The notes beneath the pieces were generated by a model. It was not told the origin of the DNA, ran no database searches, and worked only from the letters and a program-made list of their open reading frames with translations. Below are positions 44,120-52,819 of a stretch of 64,000 bases of DNA, in pieces; within the stretch, counting starts at the first letter, position 1; the number at the start of each line of letters is the position of its first letter. Both the position numbers and the translations under genes were made by a program. The stretch is from Collinsella sp. (GTDB taxonomy: Bacteria; Actinomycetota; Coriobacteriia; Coriobacteriales; Coriobacteriaceae), in NCBI GenBank assembly GCA_046995905.1, contig JBKXET010000001.1, positions 479,589 through 543,588 on the forward strand. The letters are read 5' to 3'.

Positions 44120-44404
44120 ATGAGCTGGCGAGGCGATATTGCGATGGGGAAGTACGGAAAACTGCCGTGTGCCCTTATAGACAACAATATGTTTCCGAGC
44201 GTAGAGATTGATTGCGGGTCGTTTGTCGTTGCCTGCCCTTGCTGCGGCTCGCAAATACCGTGTCTCGACATTCGGTTTATCGATGCGCGCGACAGACTCA
44301 GCGACGAAGTGAGAAAACGGACAGGCGTTCATATGCCGGTGTATCCGGAGAAATGCCCTGTTTGTGGCCTCGATATCGTGTACGACGCCGGCGACGAGGG
44401 ATAG
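44120..44404 (+). CDS. small zinc-ribbon protein (two CxxC pairs)
   Basis: ATG 44120 follows GAGGGGAG. CPCCG...CPVCG. Coding status is moderately uncertain. Confidence 0.4.
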   Translation: MSWRGDIAMGKYGKLPCALIDNNMFPSVEIDCGSFVVACPCCGSQIPCLDIRFIDARDRLSDEVRKRTGVHMPVYPEKCPVCGLDIVYDAGDEG

Positions 44405-44441
44405 GTGATGCGGAGGAGTTGGCTGTGAGTGTCTTTTGCCT

Positions 44442-45128
44442 CTACAAATAAATCCCCTCACCGAGTTGCTTGTGGAACTCGGCGTGATGGTCGCGTGCCC
44501 AGGTAAAGAGCGCCTGGTCAAAGTCGGTACGCGTGGCCGGGACGCCAAAGACGCCGGCAACTTCGACGCGTATAAACTCCAGTGCCGGCAGCTTGTTGAT
44601 GGCAGTGAGGGCAAACGGGGACGAGGGCTCCTCGAACAGATAGCGGCTGCCTTGCAGCGCGTCGCAACTGGTGCACGTGTTGCCGAGCGACGGGGCTTTG
44701 GAGGCTCGCGCGCCTACGGGCTTGTAGCCGCAGCGCTTATGAAGGTAGTCGCGGATCTCGCCCGGCACGCAGCCAAGAGCGGGCACGATGGCGAGTGCGT
44801 TGGCGTTGGCCGTGTCGATGGCAATGTACCTGGCTTCGTTGGGCGCGTGCGCGATGGCGATGCTCTCGTCGTTATCGGTTCGATAGGGAATGCCGAAGGC
44901 CGCGACCGAGGTCTCTTTGTGACACTTCCAGCACTCGCGCTTGCCCAGTACTAGATATATATACGGCGCTGAGGGGTCGGATCGGTCAACACCGGGCAGC
45001 CACTCGGCAAAGGGCTCGGGGTTGACGCCGCTGGGTACATACCAGATCTTCTTGGTCCGGTCCCATTTGGCGCCCAGCGCCTTGGCTTCTTCTTTGTGCG
45101 AAAAGGGGACATCGAGCTCGGTGCGCAT
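44442..45128 (-). CDS. DUF5710-domain protein
   Basis: N-terminus MRTELDVPFSHKEEAKALGAKWDRTKKIWYVP matches the DUF5710 motif seen on primase/topoisomerase-associated proteins of mobile elements. The C-terminal domain is Cys-rich and unassigned. Confidence 0.6.
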   Translation of the reverse strand: MRTELDVPFSHKEEAKALGAKWDRTKKIWYVPSGVNPEPFAEWLPGVDRSDPSAPYIYLVLGKRECWKCHKETSVAAFGIPYRTDNDESIAIAHAPNEARYIAIDTANANALAIVPALGCVPGEIRDYLHKRCGYKPVGARASKAPSLGNTCTSCDALQGSRYLFEEPSSPFALTAINKLPALEFIRVEVAGVFGVPATRTDFDQALFTWARDHHAEFHKQLGEGIYL

Positions 45129-45370
45129 GGCGGCTCCTTGGTGCTGCAGGTGCAAGTGGCTCAAGGATACCGCAGGGCGCAGACATCGCGGCGTTTTGTC
45201 GAGAAGTTGCGGCTCGGATGGGTTCGAGACGCGTTGGTCTCGGCCTCGGTGGCTATTGACGCGGTTTTGTGCATGGGCAGGGTGGTTGCTTGGGCGGTTG
45301 GAGCTGCCAGCGGATTTGGCGACATAAAACAAAACAGCCCAGAGGACATAGCCTCTGAGCTGCGAACATT

Positions 45371-45445
45371 TGGTGGGCGTTAGAAGATTTGAACTTCTGA
45401 CCTCTTCCGTGTCAGGGAAGCGCTCTCCCCCTGAGCTAAACGCCC
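45371..45445 (-). tRNA. tRNA-Val (anticodon GAC), CCA encoded
   Basis: The reverse complement folds as a cloverleaf: acceptor GGGCGTT/AACGCCC, D stem GCTC/GAGC, anticodon stem CTTCC/GGAAG with loop CTGACAC, T stem AGAAG/CTTCT with loop TTCAAAT. Confidence 0.95.
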
Positions 45446-45734
45446 GATCAAGGGTGCGCAAGCGCGCAAGGGATAATATAACGGAGCCTGAACTCGGTGG
45501 CAAGAACATTTTTAAAAATCGCTTACATTGTGGAATTCGGGGGCTTTGTCATATCCATTTCAAAAGAGCCTGCTGCCGCGATTTGGCTGTCGCATAATGC
45601 AAGGCCATTGCGGTATCGAGCTATGGAAAGACGCCTGCGGAATTGTCCTACCGATAAGCGGACAAGCCTCCAGCTGGTGACTTCGCCGTGGTAAGGTAAG
45701 CCGAATTGTTTCCAGGCTGTTTCGGGGGAGCGGA

Positions 45735-46757
45735 ATGAGCAAAGAGTGTGTCGAGCAGGTCGAAGGCGCAGGGGCTTCGGTGCCGATGACCGATATATCG
45801 AACATTGATGTGCCCGAGGGCACCGACGAGCTCAGCCGCAACACCCGTCGCGCATGGCGCGACCGCCTGAACAGCGCTTCGACGCGCAAGATGATCACGG
45901 GCGTCTTGGCTACGCTGGTGGGCGGTTCGTTTTGGGGCTTCTCGGGCACCAGCGCGAGTTTTCTGTTCGATACCTACCACGTCGACACCTTGTGGCTTAT
46001 GAGCGTGCGTCAGATTCTCGCCGGTCTACTCTTTATGGCCGTGGTTGTTACGCGCGACCGCGAGCGCCTGATTAAGCTCTGGACCACACCCGCCGATCGC
46101 AAGCAGCTGCTGCTCTTTACCGCCTTTGGTCTGTTGTTCAACCAGTTTTGCTATCTTTCGGCCGTGCGCCTGACGAACGCCGGAACCGCGACGGTGCTCC
46201 AGTGCCTGCAGCTCGTTATCATCATGGGCTACGCCTGCGTGACCGATCGCCGCATGCCGCGCACTCGCGAAGTCATCGGCATTGGCCTGGCTCTGGGTGG
46301 AACCTTTTTAATCGCCACCGGCGGCGACCCCACCAGCCTGAATATCTCGCCGCTTGGCCTGGCAGCAGGTCTTATGTGTGCGGTCAGCGCCACGTGTATG
46401 GCGGTGATTCCCGCCAAGATCCTGCCCGAATACGGCAGCCCCATCGTCACGGGCTCGGCAATGCTCACGGCGGGTGTGGTCTCGTGTGTCTTCGTGCAGC
46501 CCTGGGCGTATATGCCGGCGCTCGACGCTGCCGGCGTCGAGGCGCTCGCGGTGTTCGTGGTTATCGGCTCGTTTTTTGCTTACATGCTCTATATGCAGGG
46601 CGTTAAGGACATCGGCTCGGTGCGTGCGAGTCTCATCGGAACTGTGGAGCCGGTTTCGGCGACCATCACCAGCGCCGTTATGCTGGGCACGGTGTTTTTG
46701 CCGACCGACCTTATCGGCTTTGCCATGATCATCGTGATGATGTTCCTCACGGTGTAG
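45735..46757 (+). CDS. DMT/EamA-family transporter
   Basis: Ten TM segments after a ~45-aa cytoplasmic N-terminus, with two EamA-like repeats. Confidence 0.8.
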   Translation: MSKECVEQVEGAGASVPMTDISNIDVPEGTDELSRNTRRAWRDRLNSASTRKMITGVLATLVGGSFWGFSGTSASFLFDTYHVDTLWLMSVRQILAGLLFMAVVVTRDRERLIKLWTTPADRKQLLLFTAFGLLFNQFCYLSAVRLTNAGTATVLQCLQLVIIMGYACVTDRRMPRTREVIGIGLALGGTFLIATGGDPTSLNISPLGLAAGLMCAVSATCMAVIPAKILPEYGSPIVTGSAMLTAGVVSCVFVQPWAYMPALDAAGVEALAVFVVIGSFFAYMLYMQGVKDIGSVRASLIGTVEPVSATITSAVMLGTVFLPTDLIGFAMIIVMMFLTV

Positions 46758-46906
46758 CTGGCGCCGCCGCCAAGACAGAAAAGGTGTTGTGCCGCATTTT
46801 CGCCAATTGATGTCCGTGTCTGGAGTTTAGCTGTCGATGATCAAAATGCCATAAACTAGTAACGTTATGGACTTTTTCATTGCGACTCAATTGCGAGGAT
46901 TTCTTT

Positions 46907-49219
46907 ATGGCTGGTAATCACTTTAAGGGCAGCGATAGCGGCCGTCCTGCAGTTCCGCCGCGTCCGAACGGGGCTGGTAAGGCCGGCACGCCGGGCGGCG
47001 CTGGACGGGGCGGTTCCGGTAAGCGCGTGTCCCCGGGCGAGACAGCGATGTTTACCGCTCTGTACGAGCAGTCTCAAAAGGCAAAAAAGACCGGCCGTGC
47101 AAGAGGGAATGTCTTTGCGGGTGGTGCAACCTCCACGTCGCAGCCGAGCGGGGCTCCTTCGGTACCTGCGAACAACGCAGGTGCTGTCAACGCCGCGAAT
47201 GCCGCCGGCAACGTTAATGCCGGCAAGGCCGCCAACAATACTCCCTCTGCCGGTGGCGCGGGGCTTACGGGTAACCTTGGCACGATCTACACCGGCGCCT
47301 CCGAGACTGGCACGTTCGCCCGCCTGGATGATAGCGGTGCCGAGTTTGCGGGCTCGGGATCCAAGGAAGATTATTACGATTTTGGCTTGAACTACGGTAG
47401 CGACGCTTCGTCGAGTTCGACCTCTGACGGTCTGATCCGTCATCGCCATCGCAAGGGCGAGGGCAAGAAGCGTCACACTGGCGCCATTATTGCCGCTGTA
47501 GTCGCGGTGCTTCTCGTTGCGCTTGGCGCGAGCGGCTTTATGCTGCTTAACTCGGCAAAGACCGTAAAGAGCGAAGCGAAGGAGGCTGTCGAGATCGTCG
47601 GTGGCCTTAAGGACAAGGTCACGTCGGGCGATTTTTCGACGCTGCCTGACGACGCGAAGAAGATCGATGAGCTCTGCGACAGCATGAAGGCGGAGACTTC
47701 GAGCCCGCTGTGGACGGCGGCTTCGTTTATCCCGGTGTATGGCAGTGACATCAACGCAGCCCGCACCATGATTGATGCCCTGTCCGATGTCTCGAGCAAC
47801 GCGCTGGTTCCCATGGCCGACAACCTTTCTCAGGCCACGCCCGGCAAGCTGTTCCAGGATGGCATGATTAACGTGTCCGCGCTGCAGGCGGTCGCCGATT
47901 CGCTTTCCAGCAGCTCGAAGGTGTTCAAGAGCGCCAACGAGAAGGTCCAGGGCATTGGCGATACTCATGTTTCCCAGGTGACCGAGCTGGTCGATAAGGC
48001 CAAGGATGGCTTTGCCACCCTCAGCGGCGCGGTCGATGCAGCGGAGAAGGTCGCCCCTGTCCTTCCCCAGATGCTCGGCGCCAACGGCCAGACGCGCAAC
48101 TATCTTATGTACGCCATGAACAACGTTGAGATTCGTGCTTGCGGCGGCTTTGGCGGCTCGCAGGGTCTGATTTCGGTTACCGACGGCCAGATGTCGATTG
48201 GCGACTTTGTTCCCCGCATTGGACTGAGCGAGGATGAAGCGGTCGAGAGCGTCGACGAAGAGGACGAGGCGCTGTTCGGCAACCACAGTAACCTGTACAA
48301 CTCGGGTAACACCTATTCGCCCGACTGGCCGCGCAACTCGCAGCGTGTCGCAGCCCTGTGGAAATCTCAGTATGGCCAAGACGTTGATGGCGTCATCGGT
48401 ATCGACCCGGTGTTCCTGCAGTATCTGCTGGGCCTTGTCGGTAATGTCTCGCTGCCCGATGGCACAGTTGTCGACGGCACCAATGCGGCCAAGGTCCTCA
48501 TGCACGACGTGTACTGGAACTATCCGGTCGAGGAGTCGGACGGCATCTTTGCAGCCGTTGCCAGCGCCGCCTTCGACAAGATTCTCGGCGGCATCGGTGA
48601 TGTTGATGTTACGAAGCTCGTCAGCGCCGTTGAGCGCGGTGCCGAAGAGGGCCGCCTGATCGCGTGGATGAAAAACGACGACGAGCAGAACGCTATCAAG
48701 GAAATGAACATCGACGCCTCGCTGCCCGATCCGGACGACCCGAGCGAGGATCCCGTTGCCGGTGTCTACTTTAACAACCTGAGCTTCTCCAAGCTCGACT
48801 GGTACCTGAACGCTGATACGCAGATTGGCCAGGGCATCAAGAACGGTGACGGCACGTGCTCCTATCGCATCACCGTTACCCTGACGAACATCATGACGCA
48901 GGAGGAGGCTGGCAAGCTGCCCGACTACGTTGCGGCGAGCGCACCCGATGCCGCGCGTGACGACGAGCGTCTGAATGTCTCACTGTTTGCCCCGACGGGC
49001 GGCAACATTACTGATCTGACCGTCGAGGGCACCCAGTTTGGTCTCGGCGCCGCTACGTGGCATGGAATCCCCTTCTATTCGGGCACCGTTGACCTGCATG
49101 CTGGCGAGACGACGACGATCACGTATACGCTGACCACGTCGGCCGAGGCGGGGGACAAGCCGCTTACGCTGCGTCAGACTCCTACATGCCAGGCGGCTCG
49201 CGACAGCGCGTCGGCGTAG
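46907..49219 (+). CDS. DUF4012-domain cell-envelope protein
   Basis: Low-complexity G/A/N-rich N-terminus, one TM (GAIIAAVVAVLLVALGASGFML), then a DUF4012-like core (NYLMYAMNNVEIRACGGFGGSQGLI). Confidence 0.7.
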   Translation: MAGNHFKGSDSGRPAVPPRPNGAGKAGTPGGAGRGGSGKRVSPGETAMFTALYEQSQKAKKTGRARGNVFAGGATSTSQPSGAPSVPANNAGAVNAANAAGNVNAGKAANNTPSAGGAGLTGNLGTIYTGASETGTFARLDDSGAEFAGSGSKEDYYDFGLNYGSDASSSSTSDGLIRHRHRKGEGKKRHTGAIIAAVVAVLLVALGASGFMLLNSAKTVKSEAKEAVEIVGGLKDKVTSGDFSTLPDDAKKIDELCDSMKAETSSPLWTAASFIPVYGSDINAARTMIDALSDVSSNALVPMADNLSQATPGKLFQDGMINVSALQAVADSLSSSSKVFKSANEKVQGIGDTHVSQVTELVDKAKDGFATLSGAVDAAEKVAPVLPQMLGANGQTRNYLMYAMNNVEIRACGGFGGSQGLISVTDGQMSIGDFVPRIGLSEDEAVESVDEEDEALFGNHSNLYNSGNTYSPDWPRNSQRVAALWKSQYGQDVDGVIGIDPVFLQYLLGLVGNVSLPDGTVVDGTNAAKVLMHDVYWNYPVEESDGIFAAVASAAFDKILGGIGDVDVTKLVSAVERGAEEGRLIAWMKNDDEQNAIKEMNIDASLPDPDDPSEDPVAGVYFNNLSFSKLDWYLNADTQIGQGIKNGDGTCSYRITVTLTNIMTQEEAGKLPDYVAASAPDAARDDERLNVSLFAPTGGNITDLTVEGTQFGLGAATWHGIPFYSGTVDLHAGETTTITYTLTTSAEAGDKPLTLRQTPTCQAARDSASA

Positions 49220-49256
49220 GGTTTTTCTGGTAGCGCAGATAATCGAGTACCATTTT

Positions 49257-49289
49257 GGGGCGGACAGGCAATCTGTTCGCCCCTATTTT
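49257..49289 (+). terminator. intrinsic terminator
   Basis: GGGGCGGACAG-GCAAT-CTGTTCGCCCC followed by TATTTT. Confidence 0.8.
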
Positions 49290-49302
49290 GTAAGGAGAGC
49301 GC

Positions 49303-50634
49303 ATGAAGTACTTTGGCACCGACGGCTTTCGCGGCGAGGCCAACGTTGGGCTGACGGTAGAGCACGCTTATAAGATTGGCCGTTTTGTGGGCTGGTATTA
49401 TGGCGCCAACCGCGAGCGCAAGGCGCGCGTTATCGTGGGCAAGGACACACGTCGCTCGAGTTATATGTTCGAGGCGGCGCTGGTGAGCGGTCTGGTCGCG
49501 AGCGGTGCGGACGCCTATATGCTGCACGTGATCCCGACGCCGGGCGTGGCGCATCAGACCGTGGAGGGCTGCTTCGATTGCGGCATCATGATCAGCGCGA
49601 GCCACAACCCGTTTTGCGATAACGGCATTAAGCTCGTCAATAGCGACGGTTTTAAGATGGACGAGGACGTACTGGAGCTCATCGAGGACTACATCGATGG
49701 CAAGAGCGAAGTTCCGTTGGCCACGGGCAACCACATCGGTGCCACGGTGGACTACATGCAGGGCCGCAACCGCTACATTGCTTCGCTCATTGCAAGTGCG
49801 AACTTTTCGCTGCAGGGCGTCAAGATCGGTATCGACTGCGCCAACGGCTCGGCTTCCTCGGTGGCCAAGCCGGTGTTTGACGCGCTCGGTGCCGACGTGC
49901 GCGTGATCAATGCCGCGCCCGATGGCTTTAACATCAACGTCGACTGCGGCTCCACGCATATGGAGCGTCTGCAGCGCCATGTGGTGGAGCAGGGCCTGGA
50001 CGTGGGTTTTGCCTACGATGGCGATGCCGACCGCTGCCTGGCCGTGGATGAGCGCGGTCGCGTGGTAGACGGCGACCAGATCCTGTACGTGTGCGGCGTG
50101 TATCTGAACAAGCACGGTCGCCTTTCGGGCGGTACCGTGGTGCCGACGATTGCCAGCAACTTTGGCCTGATCAAGTCGTTGGAGCTTGCCGGTCTGAGCG
50201 CCGTGACCAGCGGCGTGGGCGACCGTCACGTGTATGCCAAGATGCGCGAGGGCGGCTACAGCCTGGGCGGCGAGCAGACGGGCCATACGATCTTTGGCGA
50301 TATCGAGCGCACGGGCGACGGCATTATGACCTCGCTGCGCGTGATGGAAGTGATTCGTGCCGAGCGCGAGACGCTCTCGCAGCTCACGGCTCCGTGCAAG
50401 CTGCTGCCGCAGGCGCAGGTGGCCGTGCGCGTGGCGGACAAGGACGCCGCGCTCGAGAACATGGGCGTGCAGAACGCCATCGCCGAGGCCGAGGTTGCGC
50501 TGGCAGGCGAGGGCCGCGTGCTCGTGCGCAAGAGCGGAACCGAGTCGGTTATCCGCGTGCTGGCCGAGGCGCCCGACCAAGCATCCGCCGATGCCGCCAT
50601 GAAGCGCATCGCCGCCGCGCTGGAAGCTCTGTAA
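49303..50634 (+). CDS. glmM: phosphoglucosamine mutase
   Basis: MKYFGTDGFRGEAN, active-site SASHNP, metal loop DGDADR. Confidence 0.95.
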   Translation: MKYFGTDGFRGEANVGLTVEHAYKIGRFVGWYYGANRERKARVIVGKDTRRSSYMFEAALVSGLVASGADAYMLHVIPTPGVAHQTVEGCFDCGIMISASHNPFCDNGIKLVNSDGFKMDEDVLELIEDYIDGKSEVPLATGNHIGATVDYMQGRNRYIASLIASANFSLQGVKIGIDCANGSASSVAKPVFDALGADVRVINAAPDGFNINVDCGSTHMERLQRHVVEQGLDVGFAYDGDADRCLAVDERGRVVDGDQILYVCGVYLNKHGRLSGGTVVPTIASNFGLIKSLELAGLSAVTSGVGDRHVYAKMREGGYSLGGEQTGHTIFGDIERTGDGIMTSLRVMEVIRAERETLSQLTAPCKLLPQAQVAVRVADKDAALENMGVQNAIAEAEVALAGEGRVLVRKSGTESVIRVLAEAPDQASADAAMKRIAAALEAL

Positions 50635-50670
50635 GGTAGTCGTTGGGGACGTTCTTAAACAACTAGGTGG

Positions 50671-50709
50671 AAAGGGGGCGCCGCGGATTGGTTCCGCGGC
50701 GCCCCCTTT
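50671..50709. terminator. bidirectional terminator between glmM and the M32 peptidase gene
   Basis: AAAGGGGGCGCCGCGGA-TTGGT-TCCGCGGCGCCCCCTTT. Confidence 0.85.
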
Positions 50710-50731
50710 GCGTTGGCGTGTCGGTTATGCC

Positions 50732-52315
50732 TTACAGCTCGTAGAGCGTGGTGAACTTGTCCTGCAGGTAGCTGCAGTAGTAGCGGGCATCGAACGCCAT
50801 GCCGCACGCGCCCTTGATGAGCTCCGGCGCGTCCTTGGCGCGGCCCCACTGCCAAATGTGCTCGCCCAGCCAGGCGCGGACGGGTGTCAGGTCGCCGCTC
50901 GCACAGGCGCCGTTGAGGTCGACACCGTCGCGGCACATGGCCGGCACAAACATGGCGTCGTAGGCGCTGCCCAGCGCATAGGTGGGGAAGTAGCCAAACG
51001 AGCCGCCGCTCCAGTGCGTATCCTGTAGGCAGCCGTGCGTGTCGTCGGGAACGGGAATGCCCAGGTACTCATCCATGAAGCGGTTCCAAAGCGCGGGGAT
51101 GTCCTTGGCCGTGGCCTCGCCGGCAAACAGCATGCGCTCGATCTCGTAGCGCACCATAACGTGCAGCGGATAGGTGAGCTCGTCGGCCTCGGTGCGGATC
51201 AGCGAAGGCTGCGCGATGTTCACGGCGTGGTAGAGCGTGTCCTCGTCGACGTCGCCGTAGACCTCGGGTGCGTGGCGGCGCAGCACCTCGAGCAGCGGTC
51301 CCATAAAGGCGCGGCTGCGACCCACGGTGTTCTCGAAAAAGCGGCTCTGGCTCTCGTGGATGCCCATGGAGGTACCGCCCTCCAGACAGGTGCGCGCATA
51401 GGCGGGATTGACGCCCAGCTCGTACATGGCATGTCCCGCCTCGTGGATGATGCTGTAGACGTTGGAGATGCAATCGTTCTCGTAGATGTGTGTCGCGATG
51501 CGCGCGTCACCCACGGCAAAGCCCTCGCTAAACGGGTGTTCGGTAAAGGCAAGCGTGGTGTCGTTCAGGTTCAGGCCGACGAGCTTCATAAGGTCGAAGC
51601 TCATGGCGCGCTGGGCGGCCTCGGGCACGCGGGCGTGCAAAAAGTCGGCAGCGGGCTGCTGGCCGCGCTCGCCGATGGCGTGCACGAGCGGCACGACCGT
51701 CGCCTTGACCTCATCGCAAAACGCATCGAAGCTCTTGGCGGAAAGGCCGCGCTCGTACTGGTCGAGCCAAACGTCGTATGGGTCGCGCTTGGGGTCCATG
51801 AGTTCGGCCTGATGCTTAAGTTGGGCGATGATTCTATCCACATAGGGCTCAAAACTCGCCCAGTCGTTGGCCGTCTTGGCCTTGTGCCACACGGCGTCGG
51901 CCTCGCAGGTGAGCCTGGTCCAGGCCTCGGCCTCCTCGGTAGGAATAACGCTTGCCTCGCGCTGGTCGCGGCCGAGCACGCGGATCTCGTCGAGCAGCTG
52001 CGGGTCGTCTACGTGTCCGCTTGCAACCGTCTCGCGCGCTAACGAGCGTACGAGCTCAACGGACTTCTCGCTGGTCAGTAGCTTGTGATGCTCGCCGGCA
52101 AGCGTGCCCATGGCGTCGGCACGGGCGGCAGCACCGTTGGCAGGAGCAATCGTCGCTCCATCGAACTCGGCAATCTTGAGCAGGTACTCGCGAGTCCACA
52201 GCTTGCCCTCGAGTTTGCGGAACTTTTTGACGGCCTTGTCGACTTTAGCGGCCTTGACGCCCTTGGCGGCCTTTGCCACGGCGGCCTGGGCCTTCTTATC
52301 GAGTTTCTTTCCCAT
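50732..52315 (-). CDS. M32 carboxypeptidase (Taq-type)
   Basis: HEAGHAMYE zinc motif, HESQSRF and IRTEADELTYPLH signatures. Lys-rich N-terminal extension. Confidence 0.9.
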   Translation of the reverse strand: MGKKLDKKAQAAVAKAAKGVKAAKVDKAVKKFRKLEGKLWTREYLLKIAEFDGATIAPANGAAARADAMGTLAGEHHKLLTSEKSVELVRSLARETVASGHVDDPQLLDEIRVLGRDQREASVIPTEEAEAWTRLTCEADAVWHKAKTANDWASFEPYVDRIIAQLKHQAELMDPKRDPYDVWLDQYERGLSAKSFDAFCDEVKATVVPLVHAIGERGQQPAADFLHARVPEAAQRAMSFDLMKLVGLNLNDTTLAFTEHPFSEGFAVGDARIATHIYENDCISNVYSIIHEAGHAMYELGVNPAYARTCLEGGTSMGIHESQSRFFENTVGRSRAFMGPLLEVLRRHAPEVYGDVDEDTLYHAVNIAQPSLIRTEADELTYPLHVMVRYEIERMLFAGEATAKDIPALWNRFMDEYLGIPVPDDTHGCLQDTHWSGGSFGYFPTYALGSAYDAMFVPAMCRDGVDLNGACASGDLTPVRAWLGEHIWQWGRAKDAPELIKGACGMAFDARYYCSYLQDKFTTLYEL

Positions 52316-52439
52316 ACCGTATCCTTAATCTCGCAGGCCGAGCGCCGCAGGCGGGTGCGCGGCCAATTTGCACAGCTACCTGCCTTGTACCCAGCGCGAA
52401 CAAAACGGAACGCGGCGATGCGCTCGCGAAATGTGTTAT

Positions 52440-52735
52440 CCTATAGCCCAATGCGTTGACGGAGAGGGTTTTGCCCGCCGCGTCGCCGGCAAGAGAGGGA
52501 AGGTCATGGGCTGCAAGCCTTCCTGCGGTGGCAAGGGCCAAGCGTTCACTTCCGAGCAGCGACCTCAACGGGCGCGCGGCCAGTGGCGGCGATGTCCCCA
52601 GTAGGGAAGCCGTGAGCCTCGCGACAAGGGGCGCAGAGTGGGCGCGGCGGGCCAGACATCCGCCGGGTCAAACAAGGTGGTACCGCGGAATTTAACCGTC
52701 CTTGGGCAATGCACATGCCCGAGGGCGGTTTTTTG
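52440..52735 (+). promoter_or_regulatory. T-box leader (terminator type) upstream of pheS; the 5' boundary is approximate
   Basis: Canonical T-box sequence AAGGTGGTACCGCGG at 52674-52688, followed by terminator stem CCGTCCTTGGGCA/TGCCCGAGGGCGG (52696-52728) and a T-run (52729-52734). Confidence 0.75.
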
Positions 52736-52819
52736 TTACCGAACCGGGCCGCGCATCCGCAGCATCGGGCGGCGTCAGCCGTCCCGGAGCGCGGATGCGC
52801 GAGAGACGAAAGGGAAGAC

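Noticed and set aside
40064-45445. A classical tRNA-integrated island with an att direct repeat and integrase.
   Set aside because: No integrase or recombinase gene is present. The only match to the tRNA-Val 3' end that I could find is an 8-nt TGGTGGGC at 40064-40071, inside the peptidase start region, which is too short to be meaningful. The patch may still be a remnant, as reported in the findings.
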